DNA of 64,000 bases, taken from assembly GCA_963727625.1 (NCBI GenBank), contig CAVSHR010000005.1, positions 768,001-832,000 of the forward strand. Direction: 5' to 3'. The first letter of the stretch is position 1, and the number at the start of each line of letters is the position of its first letter. Shown in pieces: positions 30,301 through 38,964 of the stretch. The notes below the pieces were generated by a model, which ran no database searches, had not been told where the DNA came from, and saw only the letters and a list, made by a program, of their open reading frames with translations. The position numbers and the translations under genes were made by a program. The DNA comes from an uncultured delta proteobacterium (GTDB lineage: Bacteria; Desulfobacterota; Binatia; UBA9968).

Positions 30301-30778
30301 GGCCGAACTGCGCGAAGCTGCGCACGAAGAATTTACTGAGCACCGGCAAAGTCGCGCCCATCAACAGCGTGGGGAAGACCAGCAAGACAAAGGACAGGAA
30401 GAAAAGCACCAGGTTGAAGAGAAATGGATAGGATTCGTTCAGTCCGAAAATCGGCCCGTAGATTTTCTCCGTCATGCTGAAAATCCACGGCACCAAGAAA
30501 CCGTACACGCCGACGCCGGCTTCGAGGACGCCGTATAATAGGAAATCGTTTTTGCCGCGGTCGGCGATCTGTCCGAAGAGATAGCTACCTATGGCCAGCC
30601 CCGCCATAAATGCCGACAAGACGGTCGCGATGGCGTAGGTCGTGTTGCCGAAAATTTGCGTTAGCATGCGGGTCCACACGACTTGATAGATCAAACCCGC
30701 CGCGCCGGAGAAGAAGAAACAAAAGAGACCGACAAGCAACAGCCAATCTTGTTTCGAACCCTGGGCACGATCCGTCAT
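27338..30778 (-). CDS. Fused membrane (MFS-like) / spermidine-synthase-like protein with C-terminal TPR repeats
   Basis: About 13 TM helices with repeated LxY[QE]xxWTR and YA[TA]NTxGA motifs. SAM-binding motifs IGLGTG, EIEP, DGRNY and DVISAEPSNPW. TPR helices at the C-terminus. Confidence 0.9.
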   Translation of the reverse strand: MTDRAQGSKQDWLLLVGLFCFFFSGAAGLIYQVVWTRMLTQIFGNTTYAIATVLSAFMAGLAIGSYLFGQIADRGKNDFLLYGVLEAGVGVYGFLVPWIFSMTEKIYGPIFGLNESYPFLFNLVLFFLSFVLLVFPTLLMGATLPVLSKFFVRSFAQFGQRVGDLYATNTLGAVIGCAAAGFFLIPALGMRMTVFVAAGSNLIIAAVILIADVFRDKSPMITAPEAVVAPAEARETTEISSSSKLRWVLLTSFALSGFASLVYENAWTRSLTMVIGSSIYSFSTMLVTFLVGLSLGGFIYARFLSGREPRLSTFGLIELWVGLSALATIPLFEKLPLIFVRLLQGFGDTFTVFINLQVFLSALVMFIPTVLLGMTFPLVARLFTQSLYRVGSGVGNSYAANTVGAVLGAFAGGFLLIPNLGVQNTIIFAVVMNLLIGAWLVISDAKLSSVPRYALGVAVLALAVIVPFKIRRWDPSILTSGVTIYADRYESLPTDSLRVEEMKRDDVLYYREGLTTTVSVHSIPGSDYLYFRSNGKIDGSYGDALSQLMTGYIAMLLHPTAKNAVIIGLGTGMSAKAVAAFKSIKSIEVIEIEPAMIEASKYFNRAWVELEKLPPGVTFPADGSKGRVWYDAKEKRLYYKGVMERDARAELLKRSDDVDYRGAIDRLSRNARQSRHSSVLEDPRVRVIPTDGRNYILATPELYDVISAEPSNPWIAGIANLYTREFYQVIRSKIKDDGIFAQWFHNYSMSPDDFRMVFRTFAEAFPYVSLWGMKESDFLLVGSKKQQVFDYAAVKKIYDSNKTMQSDFDYLGLSDVYAVQGFYRMDRDGFLAFSKGAAINTDDGAQLEFSAPKNLRRATTDLNRKLMTPYLVDAPPWLKNKPLAVPEAMHHYYMAQAHLVSQLRGRALKEIDEALRLEPKNPAFHLLKMRIFLDEDKSVEAAREAFAALQNGKEYIPEVLAMSDEFYLPEAQAVYRKVIDMGNKEVLPYLGLGNIALHGGNLPEAEKWFVRARDLQPEHPAVLLAWGRLVAAKAQLQTDEAKAKEELQEARALLEKAKTKGEDSATVHTELGIVYYKLAMWEKAVQEYRDALRMRRRRNDLRFSLGQAYAQLGKFKEAEQKYREILALAPDDAEAFKALQDLGKRY

Positions 30779-31117
30779 ACGCACTCCTTAACGCCCCCGG
30801 TAAAATAATCCAGGCAGTGATAGCAGGCCGTTGGCGAACTGTAAAGGGTCGCCGCTTACACGGTCATCCCGCCGCATGAAATCGCGCGACAACCGCGCCG
30901 GGAGCTACAGGCTCAGTCACTCCGTTCGTTGACTTCAGCGAAAATGTCGTATAAGCATGAATACCGTCTAGGCGTCCTGAATCTGAGAACTCACTCCTAA
31001 TTTATTATCTGACTGGCCCTGGGAAGTTCGTCTTCTTTCAGGACAAAACGTTATTTATACACAACAATCCAACGACTCCGGCTAAGTAAAAGATCGAAAC
31101 ATTTTTGGAGGAAAGCA

Positions 31118-32689
31118 ATGGCACACGCAAAGCGAGACGGCGCATCACCGGAAGAAGTCAGAGACCTGCGGCACGCGATTGAATGGATGAAGAAAGAAGG
31201 GGATATCCTGATCACGGATAAAGAAGTGGATCCCGACCTCGAGATCACCGGCATCCAAAAACAACTCGACGGCGGCTGCCCGATTCTGTTCAACAACGTT
31301 AAAGGCAAACCCCATCACCGTTGCATCACCAATCTTTTTGGCGACATGAACGTCATCAACAAGATGTTCGGCTGGAAAGACCACGCCGATCGCACACGCA
31401 AGCTCGCCTACGCCGTCACCCATCCCATCGCGCCGATCGTCGTCGATCAAAAAGACGCGCCGGTCCAAGAAGAAGTCTTCGAAAAGCCGGCCGAAGCCAA
31501 TGAATACGTCGTGCCGATCCGCCATACCAACATCGAGCCCGAGCTGACCGTCGGTTCGGGCAATCGTTTGATTTCCGGCGAGCACTTCAACGGCGGAACC
31601 GATCTCGGCTACAACCGCATGAATTTCCGTTGGGGTAACGTCGGTACCTTTCAAATTTCCCCCGGCTCGCATATGTGGCAGGTGGTAAGCAAATATTACA
31701 AAGACAATCAAATGGTACCGATCACGATGAACTTCGGTTTGCCGCCGGCTGGTTCTCTACTCGCCGGCGCGGGCTTTGATTACGTGATCCTACCGCAGGG
31801 TTGCGATGAAGTCGGTATCGCCGGCGCCGTGCAGGGCGCGCCCATGCGCATAGTGAAAGCTCGCACCGTTGACGCCTATGCACTCGCCGATGCCGAAGTC
31901 ATATTGGAAGGCTACGTCAATCCGCGCGACCGCCGCTTCGAGACCGCGGAGTCGGAAAAAGCCGGCGTTCAAGGCCGTTTTCATTTTCATCCGGAGTGGG
32001 CCGGTTACATGGGCAAAGCGTACAAGGCGCCGACTTTCCACGTCACCGCGGTCACGACTCGCAAACGCGAAGGCAAACCGATCATCTTTCCGCTTGGCGT
32101 GCACACTCTCGACGACCACAATATTGACACCACGGTGCGCGAAGCGGCGATGTTCGAGCTCTGCGAACGCATGCAGCCCGGCATCATCATGGATGTCAAT
32201 ATTCCGTATTGCATGACCGACTGGGGCGGCGCGATCATTCAAGTGAAGAAGCGCAATCGCATCGAAGAGGGCTGGCAGCGCAATTTCATGGCCGCCATTC
32301 TAGCCACCTCACAGGGTTCACGCTTGGTCATCGCGGTCAGCGAAGATACCGATCCCTACGACATGGACGACATCATGTGGAACCTAACGACCCGGGTAAA
32401 TCCGAAAACCGACATCATTAACCCGCTGCCGGGCGGCCGCGGCCAAACTTTCATGCCGGCCGAACGAATGACCGCCGGCGAACGCGAGTGGACTGCTTCG
32501 AACACCAACTTCGAAGGCGGCATGGGTATCGACGCCACTGTGCCGTTTGGCTACGAGAGCGATTTCATGCGGCCGGTTTATCCGGTTGACAGGATCGATT
32601 TGAAAAAGTGGTTCACCGACAAAGACGTTCAAAACGCCAAGTCCCGCATGCATGGTTGGGTGCTTTCCTTGGCGCGCACGGGAAGATAA
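31118..32689 (+). CDS. UbiD-family (prFMN) decarboxylase, phthaloyl-CoA decarboxylase-like clade
   Basis: UbiD fold motifs EVDPDLE, AEVILEG and GIDATVP. Clade-like GYNRMNFRWGNVGTFQISPGSHMWQ and FHFHPEWAGY in place of EGPFGE. Subclade assignment is from recall. Confidence 0.85.
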   Translation: MAHAKRDGASPEEVRDLRHAIEWMKKEGDILITDKEVDPDLEITGIQKQLDGGCPILFNNVKGKPHHRCITNLFGDMNVINKMFGWKDHADRTRKLAYAVTHPIAPIVVDQKDAPVQEEVFEKPAEANEYVVPIRHTNIEPELTVGSGNRLISGEHFNGGTDLGYNRMNFRWGNVGTFQISPGSHMWQVVSKYYKDNQMVPITMNFGLPPAGSLLAGAGFDYVILPQGCDEVGIAGAVQGAPMRIVKARTVDAYALADAEVILEGYVNPRDRRFETAESEKAGVQGRFHFHPEWAGYMGKAYKAPTFHVTAVTTRKREGKPIIFPLGVHTLDDHNIDTTVREAAMFELCERMQPGIIMDVNIPYCMTDWGGAIIQVKKRNRIEEGWQRNFMAAILATSQGSRLVIAVSEDTDPYDMDDIMWNLTTRVNPKTDIINPLPGGRGQTFMPAERMTAGEREWTASNTNFEGGMGIDATVPFGYESDFMRPVYPVDRIDLKKWFTDKDVQNAKSRMHGWVLSLARTGR

Positions 32690-32992
32690 AAACGTTTCTA
32701 CGTTTTCGTTGGCAGAGAGGGGATCGTCATGATGATTCCCTCTCCGGCTCTTTGGCCAATGAAATTCAAAGGATCGACAAACAGAATTCGATCGTATAAA
32801 AGTTAGCCGCAAGTTTGTTCGCCGCTGCGCGCGTCATCCGCGCCGCGAAAATGACTCTTGAGCTCGTTCCGCCCGGTAATTTTTTCTTCCTCCTTGCATT
32901 GACTTGAGCCGATCGGTCTGGTAGCTACTTACAAGTTTTTCGAACTCGCGCGTTCCCGCTGCTTTCGAAAATTATTCACTCCCGGTGAAAGT

Positions 32993-33688
32993 ATGGAGAA
33001 ACGTATTAAAAAAACGCTGGCTCGTACTTTAAACTGTGGCGCTGCCTGTACCAAGCTCGTCCTAGTTATCGTACTGTTTCTGCCGGTTTTTCTGGTCTTC
33101 GACTTGCCCATCGAGCCGGACGAGAAACCGGCCGACTCGCCCAAGTCAAAAGCTCACCGCGTGCTTGAAAAAGTTCACCCCAAGCAACTCGTCAAAGTTT
33201 ACTCCATCGTCAAATCGCGCCGCCCGGAACTTACCGAGGCGGAAGCCTGGAGGATTTCGCAGGCGGTCTTGGATGAAAGCGTCAAGCGCAATTTCGATCC
33301 GTTGTTGGTGCTGGCGGTCATTCAGATCGAAAGCGAGTTCCGACGCGCCGCGGTTTCTCCCGTGGGCGCGCGAGGCATGATGCAAATCATGCCCGATACC
33401 GGCAAGTATCTGGCGGAAGCGTTACGCCGGGAACGCGGGTTGCGACCGGCGTTCTTTAAGCCTGAATTACTCGATGATCCGCTGCTCAATATTCGCTTGG
33501 GAACCTACTATCTCCACGACCTGCTCAAAAAATTTCAGAACATCGGTCTCGCGCTGATCGCCTATAACCTCGGTCCGGCAGAAGTGCAAAATCGCATTGA
33601 AAACAAAATTGAGTTCTCCGATGAATTTGCCGCCGCCGTGATGGGTGCTTACCACAGGTTCAAAAAAACCCCGGCGCCAAGATTCTAA
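32993..33688 (+). CDS. Lytic transglycosylase (SLT domain)
   Basis: N-terminal TM helix. Motifs AVIQIESEF, AVSPVGARGMMQIMP and ALIAYNLG. Confidence 0.92.
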   Translation: MEKRIKKTLARTLNCGAACTKLVLVIVLFLPVFLVFDLPIEPDEKPADSPKSKAHRVLEKVHPKQLVKVYSIVKSRRPELTEAEAWRISQAVLDESVKRNFDPLLVLAVIQIESEFRRAAVSPVGARGMMQIMPDTGKYLAEALRRERGLRPAFFKPELLDDPLLNIRLGTYYLHDLLKKFQNIGLALIAYNLGPAEVQNRIENKIEFSDEFAAAVMGAYHRFKKTPAPRF

Positions 33689-33900
33689 TCCCGTCGCGCT
33701 GCGTTCTGCCGCTGATCCTTTGCTTTTTGTTTTCATTCGTCGCCGCAAAAATTTGCAATGACGAACCTCACGGAGCAGCGGAGCGTGCACCTTTTTCGTC
33801 TGTTTGAACGGAATGCCATCGGAGCCGCGCTTGTGCGGGTTGCATAGCAATCCGCCGGAGATCTGTGATAAATTAGTTAGGTAGCCGGCAGCCGCGCATC

Positions 33901-34377
33901 ATGGATCAACCGAGAACTGTTAGACTCACCGAGGACGCGTGGAACGAGATTTCGCGCCACGCGCAGGAAGCCTTTCCTCAAGAATGTTGCGGCATAGTAC
34001 TCACGGATGGGGCCGTCGACCGCGTCCAACCGCTCAACAATATTCAGAACAAACTGCACGCCCTCGATCCCCAGACCTATCCGCGCACCGCCGTGATCGC
34101 CTACGCTATGGATCCGCTCGAGCTTGAGACAGTTTTGCAACAATCCGAAGTCAAGAACCAGAAGCTCAAAGCGTTTTATCACTCGCACCCGGACCACGAC
34201 GCTTACTTTTCCGAGGAAGACAAAGCCTTTGCCAGCCCGTTCGGCGAGCCCACTTATCCCGACGCCGCCCAGATCGTCGTGTCTATTTATAACCGCGCGG
34301 TAAAAGTCATTCGCGCCTTTGCCTGGACACCGGCAAAAAAAGATTTCACCGAAGTTCCGATCGCGAGGAGCGAGTGA
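33901..34377 (+). CDS. JAMM/MPN+ (M67) metalloprotease
   Basis: PQECCG (catalytic Glu) and YHSHPDHDAYFSEED (HxH-x7-S-x2-D). Confidence 0.92.
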   Translation: MDQPRTVRLTEDAWNEISRHAQEAFPQECCGIVLTDGAVDRVQPLNNIQNKLHALDPQTYPRTAVIAYAMDPLELETVLQQSEVKNQKLKAFYHSHPDHDAYFSEEDKAFASPFGEPTYPDAAQIVVSIYNRAVKVIRAFAWTPAKKDFTEVPIARSE

Positions 34378-35258
34378 TCGCCGGCATGTCGGAGCCCCGG
34401 GAACACTTCATCAAATCACAAGGCTTGCCGATCCATTTTCTCGAATGGGGCGAACCTAAAGGTGAGCCTCTCGTGCTCGTGCATGGCTATCTCGATATGG
34501 CCTATAGTTGGAACGCATTCGTGGTGGCGCTGCAGCAGCGGCAAGAACACGCGTCGTGGATCATCGCCCCGGATTGTCGCGGTCACGGCGACAGCGGTTG
34601 GGTCGGCGCCGGCGGCTATTATCATTTTCCCGATTACATTCTCGATCTCGACGGAGTCATTCAAACGCTCGGCACCGAGCGCGTAAAGCTCATCGGCCAT
34701 TCCATGGGCGGGACGATTTCATTTCTTTATGCAGGCGCGTTTCCAACCCGGGTCGACAAGCTCGTGTTAATCGAAGGCGTCGGACCGGTCGGCGTGGAGT
34801 TCGCCGAAGCGCCGCTGAGGATGGCCAGGTGGGTCGGCGAAATGCATGAGCGCGGGCGCAACCACTTCCGCGCCTACACGAGTGTCGAGGCCGGCGCGCG
34901 GCAATTGCAAATGACCAATCCACGCCTAAAAACACCGTTCGCACTCGAGTTGGCCCGCGCCGGCATGAAACCAATCGACGGCGGCAAATGGGTGTGGAAA
35001 TTCGATCCCCTCCATCGCACCGTGGCACCGCAACCCTTCTACACCGCCCAGGCCTTGGAGTTTTTTCGCCGGATCCAATGTCCCGTGCTGATCGTGGACG
35101 GCCAAGAAAGCCGGCAAACCAAGCGCACCGACAAGCAGCAGCGCTACGATGCCATCGCCCGGCACCATTTCGTGACGATCGCCGGAGCCGGCCACATGGT
35201 GCACCAGGACAACCCTGAGCAGTTGGCCAAAAGCGTCGCAAATTTTTTGGCAGCCTAG
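34374..35258 (+). CDS. Alpha/beta hydrolase
   Basis: Motifs LVHG, DCRGHGDS, GHSMGG (nucleophile) and AGHMVHQD. Confidence 0.92.
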   Translation: MIAGMSEPREHFIKSQGLPIHFLEWGEPKGEPLVLVHGYLDMAYSWNAFVVALQQRQEHASWIIAPDCRGHGDSGWVGAGGYYHFPDYILDLDGVIQTLGTERVKLIGHSMGGTISFLYAGAFPTRVDKLVLIEGVGPVGVEFAEAPLRMARWVGEMHERGRNHFRAYTSVEAGARQLQMTNPRLKTPFALELARAGMKPIDGGKWVWKFDPLHRTVAPQPFYTAQALEFFRRIQCPVLIVDGQESRQTKRTDKQQRYDAIARHHFVTIAGAGHMVHQDNPEQLAKSVANFLAA

Positions 35259-35457
35259 CCCCCCACCCGGCAACCGTGCTCGGCGTGAATTTATCCGCTA
35301 GCGTTCCCCGCGTTGATGTCATGCGCGGTTAAATGTCGCGGGGCAGCTCTAAGAGCTTGACTAATGAAGCCAAATTTTGTGATTATGTCGTCACAATCAT
35401 AAAGATCATGGAAGGAATGAGAGAATGCCAAAAGGATTGTCAAATTAGGAACGGGTT

Positions 35458-35898
35458 GTGGGCAAAAGCAATTCCTCACGCAAGAGAAACCAGCCGGGCA
35501 ACGAGGGGCTCGAACGCGAAGTGTTGGCAGTACCGAAACGCAAACGCGCCGCGTTAACGGAGCCATCGGGTCCGGACGTCCCGCTGACGCTCAAGCATTT
35601 TAATCGTCGCATCGAAAGATCCCTCAACCGGAGTGAGGGTAAGCGGCTCTATCTACGGGTCGGCGACGAGGTCAATCACCTGCGCTACGAAGAGTGGGGC
35701 ATCGGCGTTGTTATGGAAGTGATGACGTCGTCGATTCCAGGTGGCACTTGCCTCGCCCGAGTGCGCTTTCAAGACGGACAACTCCGCTGTTTCAACAATG
35801 ACCTGGACAACGAAACCTGCTGTTATTATTTCGGCGTTAGGCGCTACTGGAATCCGAGCCAAGGCGTCGAGGCGATTCGATCCAAACTATTTTTTTGA
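35458..35898 (+). CDS. Hypothetical protein with DUF3553/Tudor-like domain
   Basis: GDEVNHLRYEEWGIGVV...RVRFQDG resembles DUF3553 / UvrD C-terminal Tudor domains. Ends in a CCYYFG motif. Confidence 0.7.
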   Translation: MGKSNSSRKRNQPGNEGLEREVLAVPKRKRAALTEPSGPDVPLTLKHFNRRIERSLNRSEGKRLYLRVGDEVNHLRYEEWGIGVVMEVMTSSIPGGTCLARVRFQDGQLRCFNNDLDNETCCYYFGVRRYWNPSQGVEAIRSKLFF

Positions 35899-35908
35899 GG
35901 GTGCTGCC

Positions 35909-36235
35909 ATGAGTAATAAGCTTCAATATTTCGTCGCCGCGCTGGCGCTGGCGTTGATGAGCTTATCCCCCCTGACGGTCCGGGCTGAAGAGGTTATCGA
36001 GAAAGCCGGTGTCGCTGTCGGCGTCAGCGCTGGAAATATGTGGTTCTTGCCGATCAAAGCGATTTCGATGTCAATTGGCGCATTGAGCGGCGCTCTCTCT
36101 TTCGTCGTCACGGGCGGCAATCTCGAATTGACACAACAAATTTGGCAAGACACCTCCCAAGGGCCCTACGTCATTACTCCCGATCTCGCCCGCACCTCGA
36201 TAGGCCGGCGCCCGGAACTCGCCGAGAAAAAATAA
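35909..36235 (+). CDS. Small exported or membrane hypothetical protein
   Basis: GAGG RBS, signal peptide MSNKLQYFVAALALALMSLSPLTVRA and a Gly/Ala-rich hydrophobic hairpin. Confidence 0.75.
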   Translation: MSNKLQYFVAALALALMSLSPLTVRAEEVIEKAGVAVGVSAGNMWFLPIKAISMSIGALSGALSFVVTGGNLELTQQIWQDTSQGPYVITPDLARTSIGRRPELAEKK

Positions 36236-36301
36236 CCGCGGCGCGCAACCCGGCTGCGAAGCCGCGCTGCACGCCGCATTCAATCCCTCGTGATCGTCTG
36301 A

Positions 36302-37036
36302 TTACGCTAAATTCGCCTTAAAAAAGCTGGCCGTTCTCGCCCACGCGTCTTTTGCCGCTTCGGGGTTGTAGCGGTCAGCGTTGGTATTGTTATTGAACGC
36401 GTGCTTCGCGCCGGGGAAAACTTTGCAATCGAAACTTTTTCCGGCTTTGGCTAATGCCGCCTTCAAAGGCTCAACCCCAGGCATGATGTTAGGGTCGTCT
36501 GCCCCGTAGTTGCCCATCACCGGACAGGGGATATTGGCGACCGAATCGAGCGGATCGGGGTTACGGCCGTAGTAGACGACCGCGGCATTGAGATCCTTAC
36601 ACTTCGTCGCGAAGTTCAGCGATTGACCACCGCCCCAGCAGTAGCCGACCACGCCGATTTTGCCGTTGACATAATTCTGCTTTTTCATGAAAGCCACGGC
36701 TGCGGTCAAATCCTCGGCCACCATGGTGCCGTTTACTTTCTGAATTTCCTTGGTGGCCTCATCACTACCATTCCATTTGTCGCTGCCACCAATGCGGCTC
36801 ATACAATCCACCGCGATTGCGGCAAACCCTTCTTTGGCGAAATGCCGAGCCACGTCCTTGATATGCCCCACTAACCCTCGGTTTTCATGAATGACCACAA
36901 CGGTCCCGAGATTTTTCCCGTCCTTGGGGCGGGAAACGTAAGCGTTCACGTTTCCGGCGGGGCCGGCAAACTGAACCATCTCCGAGCTTAGGGCGGCATC
37001 CTTCGGATCGACGATATTGTCTATAGTTTGCGCCAT
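36302..37036 (-). CDS. Dienelactone hydrolase family protein
   Basis: Motifs VIHENRG, GYCWGG (Cys nucleophile) and GAKHAFNN. Confidence 0.92.
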   Translation of the reverse strand: MAQTIDNIVDPKDAALSSEMVQFAGPAGNVNAYVSRPKDGKNLGTVVVIHENRGLVGHIKDVARHFAKEGFAAIAVDCMSRIGGSDKWNGSDEATKEIQKVNGTMVAEDLTAAVAFMKKQNYVNGKIGVVGYCWGGGQSLNFATKCKDLNAAVVYYGRNPDPLDSVANIPCPVMGNYGADDPNIMPGVEPLKAALAKAGKSFDCKVFPGAKHAFNNNTNADRYNPEAAKDAWARTASFFKANLA

Positions 37037-37144
37037 TGATTAAAACCTCCTGCGATTATTTTTTATTGTTCGTTTCCAGGTATAGCGAAAAACAATTTTC
37101 AATTCCAGTCCTTCGCTCGATCATTTGGCAGCCGCCGTCGGGCG

Positions 37145-37173
37145 AAAAAAAAAGCGGCGCCGCGGGCGCCGCT
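37145..37173 (-). terminator. Rho-independent terminator
   Basis: AGCGGCGCC-loop-GGCGCCGCT stem followed by a run of T on the minus strand, after the FmdB-family gene. Confidence 0.8.
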
Positions 37174-37221
37174 CATTTTAATCATACGATAAAGGCACTT
37201 GAATAATATTGCCGGCGAGCG

Positions 37222-37533
37222 CTATGCCGACGCGGTGCTGCTTGTCGTCGAGGATGTCTCGCCGCTGGAAGTTGAAGCTTCGCTTTTTTTCGTTTCGCCT
37301 TTCGTTTCACCGGAGGGCTTGGAGGAAGCGCTGCCTTTTGCGTCGCCGTTTTGCCCTTTGCGCGCATAATCGGTAACGTACCAACCCGTGCCTTTCAGCT
37401 GGAACGACGTGTTGGAGATCAGCTTTTTGACTTTTCCTTTACAGCTCGGGCATTTGCCCAAGGGTTTATCTGTGATTTTCTGGGTGAATTCGAAGGTACC
37501 GCACCTCTGGCATTGGTATTCGTAAATAGGCAT
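37222..37533 (-). CDS. FmdB-family zinc-ribbon protein
   Basis: [12 protein letters not shown]...CPSC...[13 protein letters not shown], with a Ser/Thr-rich tail. Confidence 0.93.
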   Translation of the reverse strand: MPIYEYQCQRCGTFEFTQKITDKPLGKCPSCKGKVKKLISNTSFQLKGTGWYVTDYARKGQNGDAKGSASSKPSGETKGETKKSEASTSSGETSSTTSSTASA

Positions 37534-37616
37534 GGGAATTCCTCTGATATAAAGTTATCTTAAAAAGTAACCACTACCCTGCGTGATGTCAATTAATCCA
37601 CAAAACCGCATGACCG

Positions 37617-37973
37617 TTACGCCCTAGCGTTGCGGTCGCTGCCATCCGCCTTGATATGGGGTCCGCCGAAAGCCTCGGAACGGTTGCCGAATAGTACCAG
37701 CGGCTCAGCGCCGGTGTTGGTTATCTGGTAGTAATCTTTGGCGTTTAAAAACACCACCTCGTTTTTTTTGATCGGCCGTTCTTCGCCTTTCAGACCCTTG
37801 ACCACGCCGCTGCCGGCGAGGATGAGAAAAGTTTCAGGGCTGGCATGGAAGTGCATATCCGTGCCGTCGCCGGGAACAAAATAGAGCATCCATGACCGAA
37901 AGTTATCCGTACCGAACAAATCGATTTTGCGCTTCGCGGTTTTCATCATTTCTTCGAGATTGGCAACGTCCAT
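37617..37973 (-). CDS. Cupin-domain protein
   Basis: MHFHASPETFLILAG (cupin motif 1) and YQITNTG. GGGAGG RBS. Divergent from the HDO gene. Confidence 0.85.
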   Translation of the reverse strand: MDVANLEEMMKTAKRKIDLFGTDNFRSWMLYFVPGDGTDMHFHASPETFLILAGSGVVKGLKGEERPIKKNEVVFLNAKDYYQITNTGAEPLVLFGNRSEAFGGPHIKADGSDRNARA

Positions 37974-38126
37974 GTCAAATCCTCCCTTGAAGTGGTTTGT
38001 ATACTAGCCCAGGACTATCGCGTTCGGCAAGTGCGGGCAAATGCGCCTTGACAGCCAATCGGGGCTGCAATATGTGGTGAGAGGTATCGGCTCGGGGATT
38101 TTAGAAAATTCGCAGGGAGGCAGTGG

Positions 38127-38870
38127 ATGCTCAAGTGCAACGAAAGCCAAGCCGTGGAAATGGTCGCCGAGTTGGCAGACAAGTGCGACAGGCGCTGGAA
38201 GGAGACCGTCGATAAGACTCGGTTCATGAATGAGCTGCGTGAAGGAAAGCTCAAGAGGAAAACCATCCAGCTCTTTTACAAAAACTGGGGCTCCTTCGTG
38301 CCGGTGATCAACTCGGTCTATACTTCGGCCTTTTACAAACATCTGTGGTTTTTCGTCAAGAACGTTGACCTGATGGAAGTCTACACTCAAAAAGTCCTCG
38401 ACGAATTCGGCCATCCCTCGCCGCCGGGCCATATTCAGATTCTGATGAGCACGGGAAAAGCGTTGGGTCTGAACAAAGAAGAGGTCTTGCTCTCGCCGAT
38501 GTTGCCGGAGTGCCGCGCCCTGCCGGATTTTCATCGCACCCTGATCAATGACGGCCAAATTCAGGAGTACTGGTTTTCGGTTCTATGGGAGCATCCCTTC
38601 GGTAATTCTTGTCTCGATTTTTTCAAGGCGCTCACCATGCACTACGGCCTCACCACCGCTGACGCCAGTTATTTTTCCAAGCATCATGAAGCCGACACCA
38701 TGGATCATTTGGATCGAAAGGCTCATGGCGCGGTGACCCAAGCCGTCCTGGTGCGCCTGCTGCAAGAGGGAATCAACGAGCGCCCCGGTTACTCGGCGGA
38801 ATACTGTGCGGTCACGCCGGCGGATTTGAACAAGATGTTCATGGACGGCTGCTATGCGACCACACACTAG
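38127..38870 (+). CDS. Heme-oxygenase-like dimetal (TenA/PqqC/CADD fold) protein, 'HPxPPGH' subfamily, copy 1
   Basis: Helical, 247 aa. Putative metal ligands in DEFGHPSPPGH, WE and HHEADTMDH. GGGAGG RBS. Confidence 0.8.
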   Translation: MLKCNESQAVEMVAELADKCDRRWKETVDKTRFMNELREGKLKRKTIQLFYKNWGSFVPVINSVYTSAFYKHLWFFVKNVDLMEVYTQKVLDEFGHPSPPGHIQILMSTGKALGLNKEEVLLSPMLPECRALPDFHRTLINDGQIQEYWFSVLWEHPFGNSCLDFFKALTMHYGLTTADASYFSKHHEADTMDHLDRKAHGAVTQAVLVRLLQEGINERPGYSAEYCAVTPADLNKMFMDGCYATTH

Positions 38871-38882
38871 CCGCCCATGAAA

Positions 38883-38945
38883 GATTGCAAATTCCAGATT
38901 CCAAACTTCCGGAATTTTGCAATCTGGAACTTGGACTTTGCAATT
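38883..38945. repeat. Imperfect intergenic palindrome built from 7-nt units
   Basis: ATTCCAGATTCCAAACTTCC versus GGAATTTTGCAATCTGGAAC, centred on TTCCGGAA. Confidence 0.7.
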
Positions 38946-38964
38946 CCGAGCGAAGCGAGGACTT

